From Planctomycetota bacterium (GTDB lineage: Bacteria; Planctomycetota; UBA1135; GCA-002686595), in contig JADJQU010000033.1 of NCBI GenBank assembly GCA_016712565.1, forward strand, positions 5,288-69,287: a stretch of DNA of 64,000 bases, read 5' to 3'. Positions 19,215-28,770 of the stretch are shown piece by piece. The notes beneath the pieces were generated by a model, which was not told the origin of the DNA, made no database searches, and saw only the letters and a program-made list of their open reading frames with translations. Position 1 is the first letter of the stretch. Every line of letters begins with the position of its first letter. A program made the translations under genes and the position numbers.

Positions 19215-20609
19215 CTAGGCCAGTGTGGTTTGCCCCGCGGCCACCCAGGCCTGATAGCCGCCCTCGAGATCCGAGAGGGGGCCCAGTCCCAGCGGTTCCA
19301 GCAGGCTGACGGCGATCACCGAGCGGTAGCCGCCCTTGCAATGGACCGCGATGGGGCGGTCGCGAGGCAGCTCCCCGGCACGCGCCGCCAATTCCGGCAG
19401 GGGAATGTGCACCGCTCCCGGCAGGCGACCGGCGTCCCATTCCGCCTGGGTCCGCACGTCGAGCACGCAGGGTGGGTGCGCGTGCGCCAAACGTGCGGCG
19501 AACTCCATCGGTGACAGGCGCGTACTCTGGCGCAGCAGGTCCTCTCGCCCGCGCCACGCGGCCGCGCCGCCGTCCAGGTAGCCCGCCAGCCGGTCGAAGC
19601 CGATCCGGCCCAGGCGCACGGCGGCCTCCAGCTGGCGCCCCGGCGGCGCCACCAGGATCAACGGGCGAGTGGCGGGGATCAGGGCCCCGACCCAACTGGC
19701 GTAGGTGCCCGACAGGCCCACATTGACGCTGCCCCGGAGGTGCCCCGCGGTCCATTCGCCGGGTTCGCGGGCGTCGAGGACCAGCGCGCCGGCCGCCTGT
19801 TCGTGGAGGACCTGCTCCAGGGTCAGTGGCCGCAGGCCGGCCGCCAGGCTCTCCTCCAGGGTGGCCCGGACTTTCCCGTTGAGCTCCGCGTCGTAGGGGA
19901 AGTAGGCGGGCATCGCCGGCTGGTCCGCCGTCAGCACGCGCACGAAGCTCTCGCGGTCCATGGGCTGCAGGGCCCAATTGACCCGCTTTTGGACGCCCAG
20001 GGTCGAGAAGGTGTCGCGGGAGAGGTTCTTGCCGCAGGCCGAGCCTGCTCCGTGGGCCGGGTAGACCAGCGTCGAGTCGGGCAGAGGCAGGATCTTCTCC
20101 CGCAGCGTCGCGTACATGGAGTTCGCCAGGTCGCGGGCCGTGAGCCCCTTGGCCGAAAGCAGGTCGGGCCGGCCGACGTCGCCGATGAACAGCGTGTCCC
20201 CGGTGAGGATCCCGTGGGGGACTTCGGCATCGCGTTCCGTGTCGACCACCAGGATCGAGATGCCCTCCGGCGTGTGGCCGGGAGTCTCCAGGATCTCCAG
20301 CCTCACGCGGCCCAGGACGAGCTTGTCCCCGTCCCGGGCGGGCGAGAACGGAAATTCGGCCTGGGCCTTGGCGCCGAGGTGGATCCGCGCGCCGACCCGC
20401 GCCGCGAGTTCCAGGTGCCCGGCCACGAAGTCCGCGTGGAAGTGGGTCAGGAAGACGTGCTCGATCCGCAGGCCCGCCCGGGCCGCGTCCTCCAGGTAGC
20501 CGTCCACGTCGCGCTGGGGATCGACCACCACGGCCGACCCGGTGGTTTCGTCGCCGATCAGGTAGGAGGCGTGGGACAGGCAGGCGAGGTAATACTGTTT
20601 GAGGAACAT
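19215..20609 (-). CDS. MBL-fold persulfide dioxygenase-like enzyme fused to two rhodanese domains
   Basis: MBL motif THFHADF and ETPGHTPE. C-terminal rhodanese active-site loop CKGGYRS. Confidence 0.85.
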   Translation of the reverse strand: MFLKQYYLACLSHASYLIGDETTGSAVVVDPQRDVDGYLEDAARAGLRIEHVFLTHFHADFVAGHLELAARVGARIHLGAKAQAEFPFSPARDGDKLVLGRVRLEILETPGHTPEGISILVVDTERDAEVPHGILTGDTLFIGDVGRPDLLSAKGLTARDLANSMYATLREKILPLPDSTLVYPAHGAGSACGKNLSRDTFSTLGVQKRVNWALQPMDRESFVRVLTADQPAMPAYFPYDAELNGKVRATLEESLAAGLRPLTLEQVLHEQAAGALVLDAREPGEWTAGHLRGSVNVGLSGTYASWVGALIPATRPLILVAPPGRQLEAAVRLGRIGFDRLAGYLDGGAAAWRGREDLLRQSTRLSPMEFAARLAHAHPPCVLDVRTQAEWDAGRLPGAVHIPLPELAARAGELPRDRPIAVHCKGGYRSVIAVSLLEPLGLGPLSDLEGGYQAWVAAGQTTLA

Positions 20610-20681
20610 GGCTCCGTCGAGGTCACTATATACGCCGCCCCGGCGACGGACTCCCCGGTCCTGGCGGCCCGGGCTCCAGGC

Positions 20682-22025
20682 GTGAGCGAGCCGGTCACCT
20701 TCGCCCAGGCCCTGCGCTTCTGGTGGAAGCTCGGCTGGATCAGTTTCGGTGGGCCCACGGGGCAAATCGCGGTGATGCACACCGAGATCGTCGAGCGGCG
20801 GCGCTGGATCGACGAGCCGCGGTTCCTGCATGCGCTCAACTACTGCATGCTGCTGCCGGGGCCCGAGGCTCAGCAGCTGGCCACCTACATCGGATGGATG
20901 CTCCACGGCACCCGCGGCGCCCTGGCGGCTGGAATCCTGTTCGTGCTGCCCTCCGCCTTCCTGCTCTGGGGGCTTTCCTGGGCCTACGCCGCCCACGGGA
21001 ACCTGCCTTGGATGGCGGCGATCTTCGCCGGGCTCAAGCCCGCGGTGGTGGGCATCGTCGCCCACGCGGTGCTGCGCATGGGCGGGCGAGCCCTGGGCGG
21101 GCCGGTGCAGTGGGCCATCGCCGCCGCGGCCTTCGCGGCCCTGTACTTCGCCCGCGCTCCCTTTCCCGTGGTGATCGCGGGCGCGGCCGTGGTCGGTTGG
21201 GTCGGGCAGCGCCTCGCGCCGCGGCATTTCGAGCGGCAGGGGGCCCACGGTTCCTTGGAACCGGGTGGGGGACCGGGTGGGGAGCCGGGTGGGGGGGGGC
21301 CGGGTCAGGGTCCGGCGTCCAAGGTCGCCCTCCGCGCGACCGGAGGCTGGAAGCGCGCCGCGCGCGTCACGATCGTGTGCCTGCTGCTCTGGTGGCTCCC
21401 CGTGGCGGCCCTGGCCCTGGCCTTCGGTCCGCGCTCGACCTTTGCGGTCCAGGGCGTGTTCTTCAGCCAGGCGGCCCTGGTGACGTTCGGCGGTGCCTAC
21501 TCGGTGCTGCCCTACGTGGCCTCGGCTTCGGTGGAGCGCTTTGGCTGGCTTTCCGCGGGCTCCATGCTCGACGGCCTGGGCCTGGCCGAGACCACGCCGG
21601 GACCGCTGATCATGGTGGTGCAGTTCGTGGGCTTCCTCGGCGGCTGGAATCACCCCGGGGGGCTCGAGCCCTGGCAGGGCGGCCTGCTGGGCGCCTGCAT
21701 CACGACCTGGGTGACCTTCGTGCCCTGCTTCCTTTGGATCCTGCTGGGCGCGCCGCACATGGAGGCCCTGCGGGAGCGCCGCGGCCTGTCGGCGGCCCTC
21801 TCGTCGATCACGGCGGCGGTCGTGGGCGTGGTGCTCCACCTCGCGCTGTGGTTCGCCCTGCAGGCCCTCTTCCCCGGGGCCAAGCCCTCCTGGGAGGCAC
21901 TGGATCCCTTCGCCGCGGTGCTCGCGGTCGGGAGTTTCCTGGCCCTCGCTCGGACGCGCCTGGGCGTGCCCTGGATCGTCGTCGGGGGCGGCCTCCTGGG
22001 CCTCGGCCGCCTGCTCTGGGCCTGA
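20682..22025 (+). CDS. chrA: chromate ion transporter (CHR family, two-domain)
   Basis: Two CHR halves: FGGPTGQIAVMHTEIVERRRWI...LLPGPEAQQLA and TFGGAYSVLPYV...LAETTPGPL. GTG start chosen at 20682. Divergent from the dioxygenase gene. Confidence 0.85.
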   Translation: MSEPVTFAQALRFWWKLGWISFGGPTGQIAVMHTEIVERRRWIDEPRFLHALNYCMLLPGPEAQQLATYIGWMLHGTRGALAAGILFVLPSAFLLWGLSWAYAAHGNLPWMAAIFAGLKPAVVGIVAHAVLRMGGRALGGPVQWAIAAAAFAALYFARAPFPVVIAGAAVVGWVGQRLAPRHFERQGAHGSLEPGGGPGGEPGGGGPGQGPASKVALRATGGWKRAARVTIVCLLLWWLPVAALALAFGPRSTFAVQGVFFSQAALVTFGGAYSVLPYVASASVERFGWLSAGSMLDGLGLAETTPGPLIMVVQFVGFLGGWNHPGGLEPWQGGLLGACITTWVTFVPCFLWILLGAPHMEALRERRGLSAALSSITAAVVGVVLHLALWFALQALFPGAKPSWEALDPFAAVLAVGSFLALARTRLGVPWIVVGGGLLGLGRLLWA

Positions 22026-22205
22026 GGCGGGGCCTGGCCCGCCCCGGGGTGCCCCAGGGGGTTCCACGGCGCTCCGCCGTGCCCCCCGTTACGCCGGCGC
22101 GCCCATCGGAGCGCCATCAGACTGCCATCGGGGCCCCATCGGGACCCCATCGGAGCCCCGCGACTTGCATTGGCGCGTTGGGCGGTTTCGGGGGACACTG
22201 GAGGG

Positions 22206-23984
22206 ATGCGGCAGGGCATTTCCACCTCGACTTTTCCCTGGATCGCGCGGCTGCGCTGGGGGGCGCTCGCCCTGTTGGCCCTGGGCGCGACGGGGAGCCT
22301 GGGCTCGGCCCAGAGCATCACGCGCGTGAGCGTCACCTCCCGGGGGATCGAGGGCAACAACGGCTCCAGCGCCTTCACGGCCGGCGGCCTGTGGGGGCCG
22401 GCCCTATCTCCCGAGGGGCGCTGGATCGCCTTCGAGAGCGCGGCTTCGAACCTGGTGCCCGGCGACCTCAACGCCGCGCGCGACGTCTTCCTTCACGACC
22501 GCTGGAGCGGCTCCACGGAGCGCGTCAGCGTCGACTCCCTCGCGGCCGAGGCCAATGGGGCCTCGGGTGTCCCGGCGCTTTCCGCGGACGGACGATTCGT
22601 GGCCTTCGAGAGCCTAGCGACCAACCTCGTGGCCGGCGACACGAACGCTCGCCGCGACGTGTTCGTGAGGGACCGGCAGACCGGCCTGACCGAGCGGGTC
22701 AGCGTCAGCACCGCCGGTGCGCAGGCCAACAACGACTGCTTCCTGCCCAGCCTGTCCGCCGACGGCCGCTACGTGGCCTTCACCAGCATCGCGAACAGCC
22801 TCGTGCCGGGCGACGCGGGCGGCTTCCGCGACGTCTTCATCCGCGACCGGCAGCTGGGGACGACGATCCTGGCCAGCGTCAGCACCGCCGGCGTTCAGGG
22901 CAACGCCAACAGCATCGACCCGCGGCTCTCGGCCGACGGGCGCACGCTGGCCTTCACGAGCCTCTCGACCAACCTGGTGGCCGGCGACGTCAACGGCATG
23001 CGGGACATCTTCGCCCGGGACCTCGTGCTGGGGGTGACGCAGCTCATCAGCCTCGACTCCGCGGGCCTGCAGGCCGACTTCGAGAGCGACCACGCCGCCG
23101 TCAACACGGACGGCCGCTACGTGGCCTTCCAGAGCGGCGCCACGAACCTCGTGCCGGGGGACACCAACGGTTCGCGCGACGTGTTCGTGCGCGACCGCAC
23201 GCTCGGCACCACCGTGCGCGTGAGCGTGAATTCCGCGGGCGCGCAGTCCAATTTCTTCAGCTACTTCCCCTCGATTTCGGCCGACGGGCAGCGCATCGCC
23301 TTCGACAGCAACGCCACGGGCCTCGTCCCCGGCGACAGCAACGGTTCGCGCGACGTGTTCCTGCACGACCGCTCCACGGGGCTCACGACGCGCCTGAGCG
23401 TGGACAACGCGGGGATCCAGGGCACGGGCACGAGCGCGCTGCCCGCCCTCAGCGCCGACGGCCTCTTCGCGGTCTTCGAGGCCGTGCCCGCGGGCTTCGT
23501 GCACGGCGACGCCAACGGGGCGGCGGACGTGTTCGTGCGCGCGGTGGATCTCGTCACGCCCCCGATCGCGGCCTACTGCACGGCGAAGGTCAACAGTCAG
23601 GGCTGCACGCCGATCCTGGGCTCCAGCGGCGCGCCCCACACCAGCGGCCCGGACGCCTTCCGCGTGGTGGCCGTCAACGTGCTGCCCAACGTGGCGGGCC
23701 TCCTGTTGTGGAGCCAGTCCAGCGCCGCCACGCCGTTCCTCGGCGGCACCCTGTGCGTGGGCGCGCCGATCAAGCGCCTGCCCGGCCAGTCGGCGGTTCC
23801 CGAGGGGCTCGCCCAGGCTTGTCTGGGCACCTATTCGTTTCCCTTCACGCAGGCCTACTTCTCCATCCAGGCCCTCTCCGCGGGCCAGACGCTCCACGCC
23901 CAAATCTGGAGCCGCGACTCCGGCTTCGCGCCGCCGCAGAACATCGGCCTGTCGAGCGCCCTGCAGTTCACGCTGCTGCCGTGA
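22206..23984 (+). CDS. secreted 7-bladed PD40/TolB-like beta-propeller protein with shared 4-Cys C-terminal domain
   Basis: Signal peptide WGALALLALGATGSLGSAQS. Seven ~47-aa repeats (SADGRxVAFxSxAxNLVPGDxNGxRDVFVRDR). C-terminal domain at 23574-23984 begins YCTAKVNSQGC. Confidence 0.8.
   Translation: MRQGISTSTFPWIARLRWGALALLALGATGSLGSAQSITRVSVTSRGIEGNNGSSAFTAGGLWGPALSPEGRWIAFESAASNLVPGDLNAARDVFLHDRWSGSTERVSVDSLAAEANGASGVPALSADGRFVAFESLATNLVAGDTNARRDVFVRDRQTGLTERVSVSTAGAQANNDCFLPSLSADGRYVAFTSIANSLVPGDAGGFRDVFIRDRQLGTTILASVSTAGVQGNANSIDPRLSADGRTLAFTSLSTNLVAGDVNGMRDIFARDLVLGVTQLISLDSAGLQADFESDHAAVNTDGRYVAFQSGATNLVPGDTNGSRDVFVRDRTLGTTVRVSVNSAGAQSNFFSYFPSISADGQRIAFDSNATGLVPGDSNGSRDVFLHDRSTGLTTRLSVDNAGIQGTGTSALPALSADGLFAVFEAVPAGFVHGDANGAADVFVRAVDLVTPPIAAYCTAKVNSQGCTPILGSSGAPHTSGPDAFRVVAVNVLPNVAGLLLWSQSSAATPFLGGTLCVGAPIKRLPGQSAVPEGLAQACLGTYSFPFTQAYFSIQALSAGQTLHAQIWSRDSGFAPPQNIGLSSALQFTLLP
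22317..23549 (+). repeat. seven tandem ~141-bp coding repeats (propeller blades)
   Basis: Blade anchors SPEGRWIAF, SADGRFVAF, SADGRYVAF, SADGRTLAF, NTDGRYVAF, SADGQRIAF and SADGLFAVF recur at ~47-aa spacing. Confidence 0.8.
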
Positions 23985-24020
23985 CCTGAAAGCGCACGCT
24001 CCGGCCCTGAGTTTCGCCCA

Positions 24021-24052
24021 CGCGCCGAATCAGGCGCCGGCCGGGTTTTTTT
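24021..24052 (+). terminator. candidate intrinsic terminator / T-tract after the propeller gene
   Basis: Short hairpin GCGCC-gaatca-GGCGC (24022-24037), then GC-rich sequence and a T7 run (24046-24052). A T7 run is unusual in this GC-rich window. It lies 37 nt after the stop. The stem is weak. Confidence 0.3.
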
Positions 24053-24068
24053 CCGGGGCTGGACGTTT

Positions 24069-24740
24069 ATGCTCCGCCCCATGACCGAGGTCCCCGGCGA
24101 ACGGCGGCCGCTCACGACCCGCGATCAGGCCTGGGCCCGCAGCCTCGCCGCGGCACTGGCGCGCGCGGGAGTATCCCCCAACGGGATCTCCATGGGCAGC
24201 GTCGCGGCGGCGGCCCTGGGCATGGGGGCGTTCCTCGCCCTGCCCGAGGTCGCCGGGAGCCGAGCACGGGCGGGGCTGTACGTGGCCGCGGCGGCCATGA
24301 TCCAGTTGCGGCTCCTGTGCAACATGCTCGACGGCATGGTGGCGGTCGAGGGCGGCCTGCGCTCCAGGACGGGCGAGCTGTTCAACGAGGTTCCCGATCG
24401 GTTGGCGGACCTCCTGCTCCTGGCGGGCGCGGGCTACGCGGCGCGGGAACTGCCCCACGGGATCGAACTGGGCTGGCTGGCGGCGGCGCTGGCGATTTTC
24501 ACCGCCTACGTGCGCGCCTTCGGCAAGTCGATCGGCGCAGGCATGCACTTCGTCGGACCCATGGCCAAGCCCCATCGCATGGCGACCCTGACCGCGGCCT
24601 GTCTCGTCGCCGCGGCGCTCTCCGCCACGCCGCACCACGGGCGCGCGCTCCTGGCGGCCCTCGTGCTGATCTCCGCCGGTTGCGTCTGGACCATCGTCCG
24701 CAGACTGCGCCGCATCGCGGCCGCGCTGCCCGCGCCATGA
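24069..24740 (+). CDS. CDP-alcohol phosphatidyltransferase family protein
   Basis: DGMVAVEGGLRSRTGELFNEVPDRLAD resembles the DG-x2-AR-x8-G-x3-D-x3-D signature, with substitutions. Multi-TM protein. Confidence 0.7.
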   Translation: MLRPMTEVPGERRPLTTRDQAWARSLAAALARAGVSPNGISMGSVAAAALGMGAFLALPEVAGSRARAGLYVAAAAMIQLRLLCNMLDGMVAVEGGLRSRTGELFNEVPDRLADLLLLAGAGYAARELPHGIELGWLAAALAIFTAYVRAFGKSIGAGMHFVGPMAKPHRMATLTAACLVAAALSATPHHGRALLAALVLISAGCVWTIVRRLRRIAAALPAP

Positions 24741-25345
24741 TCGCCGGCCTGATTCGGCTGTTGACCGGGGCCCAGGGTCGCTGGATCGCCGTCGAGCCGG
24801 TCGATCGGCCGCGGATCTACTTCGCCAACCACCAATCGAATCTGGATGCTCCGGTGATCTGGGCTTCCCTGCCTGCAGGGCTGCGCGCCAAGACCCGGCC
24901 CGTGGCGGCGCGGGACTACTGGGAGAAAGGGCCGCTGCGGCGCTGGCTCGCGCAAGACGTCTTTCGCGTGGTGCTGATCGAGCGCAGCGGCATCACGCCC
25001 AGCAACAACCCGATGACGGCCCTGGAGGCGGCGCTCGAGGCCGGCGATTCCCTGATTCTGTTCCCCGAGGGCACGCGGCAAACCGCGGAGGACGCGGGCC
25101 TGAATCCCTTCAAGCCCGGGCTGTGGCACCTGGCGCGCAAGCATCCCGAGCTGGAGCTCGTGCCGGTTTGGCTCGAGAACCTCAATCGGATCCTGCCCAA
25201 GGGCGAAATCGTGCCGCTGCCCCTGATGGGGTCGGTCACCTTCGGTGCTCCGCTGGCGCTCGCCCCGGGGGAGGACCGAGGGGCCTTCATGGCGCGGGCC
25301 CAGGCCGCGGTGCTCGCCCTCGAGGCGGCCGGGGAGGAGGGCTGA
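24737..25345 (+). CDS. lysophospholipid (1-acyl-sn-glycerol-3-phosphate-type) acyltransferase
   Basis: HX4D motif NHQSNLD and FPEGTR motif. ATGA overlap with the upstream gene. Confidence 0.85.
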   Translation: MIAGLIRLLTGAQGRWIAVEPVDRPRIYFANHQSNLDAPVIWASLPAGLRAKTRPVAARDYWEKGPLRRWLAQDVFRVVLIERSGITPSNNPMTALEAALEAGDSLILFPEGTRQTAEDAGLNPFKPGLWHLARKHPELELVPVWLENLNRILPKGEIVPLPLMGSVTFGAPLALAPGEDRGAFMARAQAAVLALEAAGEEG

Positions 25346-26283
25346 TGCCGCACCTGCCCCGGGAGACCCTGTGGATCGCGGCCGGCCTGCTGGGCCTCCT
25401 GACCCTCGCCACGCTGATCGGTGCCCTGCTGGCGCGGCGCGCCGGGCCGGGCAACGCCGCCATCGCCAACCTCAATCAGCGCACACGCTCCTGGTGGTGG
25501 ATGGTGGCCCTGTTCGTCGCGGCGGCGAGCCTGGGGCGGGGCGTCTCGGCCTGCGTCTTCGGCGCCGTTTCCTTCCTGGCCCTGCGCGAGATGCTGACGC
25601 TCTCGCCCACGCGCCGCGGCGACCACCGCACGCTGTTCTGGGTGTTCTTCGTGGTCACGCCGCTGCAGTACGCGTTCGTCTACGACGGCTGGTATGGGAT
25701 GTTCGCCGTCTTCGTCCCGGTGTGGGTGTTCCTGTTCGTGGCCGTGCGCTGCGCCCTGGCGGGCGACACGCGGCGCTACCACGAGCGCGTGGCCAAGATC
25801 CAATGGGCGTTGATGACCTGCGTGTACTTCACGAGCCACGCGCCGATGCTGCTCGGACTCGAGATCGCGGGCTTCGAGGGGCGCAATCTCAACCTGCTCT
25901 TCTACCTGGCGCTGGTGGTCCAACTGAGCGACATCCTGCAGTACGTGTGGGGCAAGCTCGCCGGCCGCCATCCGGTCGTGCCGAAGCTCTCGCCGAAGAA
26001 GACCTGGGAGGGCCTGATCGGCGGGGCCGGGAGCGCGGCGCTGATCGGCATGGGCCTGTGGTGGATGACGCCTTTCACGCCCCTAGAGTCCCTGGGCATG
26101 TCGCTGGCGATCGTGGCGGCGGGCTTCTTCGGGGGGCTGTGCATGAGCGCCGTGAAGCGCGACGCCGGTGTCAAGGACTGGAGCCACCTGATCCCCGGCC
26201 ACGGGGGCGTGCTCGACCGCATCGACTCCCTGTGTTTCGCGGCCCCGGTGTTCTTCCACCTGACGCGCTACTGGTTTGCCTGA
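25345..26283 (+). CDS. cdsA: phosphatidate cytidylyltransferase family protein
   Basis: Signature SAVKRDAGVKDWSHLIPGHGGVLDRIDS. TGATG overlap with the upstream gene. Confidence 0.85.
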   Translation: MPHLPRETLWIAAGLLGLLTLATLIGALLARRAGPGNAAIANLNQRTRSWWWMVALFVAAASLGRGVSACVFGAVSFLALREMLTLSPTRRGDHRTLFWVFFVVTPLQYAFVYDGWYGMFAVFVPVWVFLFVAVRCALAGDTRRYHERVAKIQWALMTCVYFTSHAPMLLGLEIAGFEGRNLNLLFYLALVVQLSDILQYVWGKLAGRHPVVPKLSPKKTWEGLIGGAGSAALIGMGLWWMTPFTPLESLGMSLAIVAAGFFGGLCMSAVKRDAGVKDWSHLIPGHGGVLDRIDSLCFAAPVFFHLTRYWFA

Positions 26284-26326
26284 GTCGGACCCGCCGCGGG
26301 AACCCGAAAGTCGCTAACCTGGGGCC

Positions 26327-26611
26327 ATGCCCTGCTTCCTCGGCTGTCTGGCCCTGGCGATGCCGCGCCTGGCGCTGTTCCTCGTCTGGCTGTTCTCGGA
26401 CCTTTTGGAGCGCAACTACGCGACGGTCCTGTGGCCCGTGCTGGGCTTCCTGTTCCTGCCGGTGACGACGCTGGCCTGGGCCTACGCGCACCAGCAGAGC
26501 GGCGGAGAGATCGGCGGCCTGTGGATCGCGCTGGTGGTGGTGGCGGTGCTCGTGGACCTGGGGCTGTTCCGTTCCAGCGGACGCCGCGGGCCCCGGGAAG
26601 CCAAGAGCTAG
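26327..26611 (+). CDS. small hypothetical membrane protein (94 aa, about 3 TM)
   Basis: Hydrophobic segments [29 protein letters not shown] and [12 protein letters not shown]. No family recognised. Confidence 0.5.
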   Translation: MPCFLGCLALAMPRLALFLVWLFSDLLERNYATVLWPVLGFLFLPVTTLAWAYAHQQSGGEIGGLWIALVVVAVLVDLGLFRSSGRRGPREAKS

Positions 26612-26616
26612 TTTCC

Positions 26617-27429
26617 ATGGCCCTGCGCCTCGCCGCGCTGTTGTGCCTGGCGGCCGCGCTTCCCACGGCGAGCTGTGGGACCGGGCCGACCCGGCTCGCG
26701 AGGCCCGGTCCGGAGGCGGGATCCGCATCCTCCCCCGATCCGCGACTCTCCGCGCCTCAGGACGCACCCGGGCCTCCCGCGCGCATCGACTACTCCGCCC
26801 AAACGCGCCTCGTGCGCGGCTGGCGCGTGCACATCGATCGCAGGCTCGAGCAGGGTTCACCGGACCATCCCGCGGGTTTGGGCGAGCTGGGCGCGCGCGC
26901 CCTGGAGCTCCTGGATGCGAAGCTGCTCGACGTCGAACGCGCACTTCCTCCCCAGGCCCTCGCCCGCTTGAAGTCCGTGGCGATCTGGCTCTCCCTGGAC
27001 AGCGCCGCGGGTCCCGGCGCGGTCTACCACCCGTCCGCCCAGTGGCTCAGCGAGCACGGTTTCGATCCAGCCAAGGCCGGCGGCCTGGAGATCGCCAACG
27101 CCGCGAACTTCCTCGACTGGTCGCGGGAGCAGCCGGCGATGGTGTTGCACGAGCTGGCCCACGCCTACCACCACCAGGTGCTGGGCTACGACGACGCTTC
27201 CGTGAGAGAGTGTTTCCAGCGCGTGCGGGCCGCGAAGTCCCTCGACCAGGTGCTGCACGCGGGCGGCCGACGGGAGCGGGCCTACGCCCTGAACAACGAG
27301 CAGGAGTTCTTCGCCGAAATGAGCGAGGCCTGGTGGGGCACCAACGACTACTTCCCGTTCGTGCGCGCCGAGCTGGCCGAGAGCTTCCCCGAGGTCGCCG
27401 CGCTGATGCGCTCCGCCTGGGAGCGCTGA
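26617..27429 (+). CDS. putative zinc metallopeptidase lipoprotein (HExxH zincin, MtfA/M90-like)
   Basis: Lipobox-like [15 protein letters not shown], plus the downstream [11 protein letters not shown] (third-ligand Glu context). Confidence 0.7.
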   Translation: MALRLAALLCLAAALPTASCGTGPTRLARPGPEAGSASSPDPRLSAPQDAPGPPARIDYSAQTRLVRGWRVHIDRRLEQGSPDHPAGLGELGARALELLDAKLLDVERALPPQALARLKSVAIWLSLDSAAGPGAVYHPSAQWLSEHGFDPAKAGGLEIANAANFLDWSREQPAMVLHELAHAYHHQVLGYDDASVRECFQRVRAAKSLDQVLHAGGRRERAYALNNEQEFFAEMSEAWWGTNDYFPFVRAELAESFPEVAALMRSAWER

Positions 27430-27533
27430 AGCGGCCGTCGGGGGGCGGAAGGGCGCACCGTTTCCGACGCGGCGTGGCATGCTGGTGGGGTCGCCCCGCC
27501 GACCTCGAGAGGATCCACCCGGAACCCACCAGG

Positions 27534-28736
27534 ATGAATGCCATGAAGCTGCTCCTCGTCCCCTGCACCTCCGCCTTGCTGTTCTGCGCGAGTGCCCGCG
27601 CCCAAGTGTTCGTCGGCCAGAGCGACGCCACGGTCATGACCAAGACCGCCGATGTGAGCGCGCTGCCGAGCGTCAGCTACACCGACCACTTCCCCTTCGA
27701 CGTGCAGGGCGCGTCGCGCGGGCCCGGCAATCTCGTCTATCTCTGCAGCGGGTTCTTCACCACGCAGCTCTACGAGTGGAACCAGACCGGCTTGCCCAGC
27801 CCCACGGTCACCGTGGGCGTGTCCGGCGGCGTGTACGGCCTGGGATACGTCGGGGGCAAGCTGTACGGCTTCGCCAATTACGCGAGCCCCATGGGCATCT
27901 ACGAGATCGATCCCGCGACCGGCGCGGGGACGCTGGCCGTGGACACCAGCGTCCAGGGCTATCGCTTCTTCGCCCTCGACGGGAACGACCTCGACGGGAT
28001 GCTCTACGGCTACACCGAGTACGGAGGCCAGACGGGCCTGTACCGCATCGACCCCGTGGGCGGATCCATGACGCGCATCGCCCCCGACGCGCCGGGGAGC
28101 TACGGCATGTGCCGCGGCATGGCCTGCGGGAACAACACGGCCTTCCTCGTGGCGACGCACCCGACCGACACGTTCTATGCCTACGACCTGGGCCAGGGCA
28201 TCGGCGGCAGCTACGTGCCCTTCACCAATCCGTACCCCACGTCCCAGAACGGCGGGGGAGCGTGGCTCGGACCCGCGAGCTGCAGCGGCAGCCCGGTGAG
28301 CTACTGCACGCCCAAGGTGAACTCGCTGGGCTGTCTGCCGGGGATCACCCACGCGGGCTGGCCCAGCGCCAGCATGGGCTCGGGTTTCATCGTCAGCGCC
28401 TCGCCGGTGATGAACAACAAGCCGGGCCTGTTCCTCTACACCGACGGCGGTCGTGCCGCGGCGCCGTTCCAAGGCGGCTTCCTGTGCGTGGCGTCGCCGG
28501 TGCGGCGCACGATCGGGATTTCCTCCGGAGGCAATCCGCCCCCCAACGACTGCTCGGGGGCCTACGCCATCGACCTGAACGCCTTTGCCTCGGGCTCCCT
28601 GGGCGGCAATCCCGCGGCCTTCCTGACGGTCCCGGGCACCGCCGTGAACCTGCAGGCCTGGGGCCGCGACCCCGGCTACGCCGCGCCGAACAATTCAGCG
28701 CTCTCCAACGGGTTGGAGTTCACGGTTTGTCCTTGA
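27534..28736 (+). CDS. secreted hypothetical protein with shared 4-Cys C-terminal domain
   Basis: Signal peptide [21 protein letters not shown]-terminal ~255 aa has repeated G-LYG/Y-ID motifs. C-terminal domain at 28302-28736 begins [11 protein letters not shown]. Confidence 0.75.
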   Translation: MNAMKLLLVPCTSALLFCASARAQVFVGQSDATVMTKTADVSALPSVSYTDHFPFDVQGASRGPGNLVYLCSGFFTTQLYEWNQTGLPSPTVTVGVSGGVYGLGYVGGKLYGFANYASPMGIYEIDPATGAGTLAVDTSVQGYRFFALDGNDLDGMLYGYTEYGGQTGLYRIDPVGGSMTRIAPDAPGSYGMCRGMACGNNTAFLVATHPTDTFYAYDLGQGIGGSYVPFTNPYPTSQNGGGAWLGPASCSGSPVSYCTPKVNSLGCLPGITHAGWPSASMGSGFIVSASPVMNNKPGLFLYTDGGRAAAPFQGGFLCVASPVRRTIGISSGGNPPPNDCSGAYAIDLNAFASGSLGGNPAAFLTVPGTAVNLQAWGRDPGYAAPNNSALSNGLEFTVCP

Positions 28737-28770
28737 GCGCCGGCGAAGCTCGAGCCCGATCGATCAGCCC

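Noticed and set aside
21240-21310. GGTGGGG/CCGGGT-rich repetitive DNA inside chrA
   Set aside because: It encodes a Gly/Pro-rich inter-domain linker (GSLEPGGGPGGEPGGGGPGQGP) between the two CHR halves. It is low-complexity coding sequence, not a separate element.
20723-23989. 1088-aa plus-strand ORF overlapping chrA and the propeller gene in another frame
   Set aside because: Low-complexity Arg/Gly/Pro/Ala sequence. The alternative frames give clean ChrA and PD40-repeat proteins.
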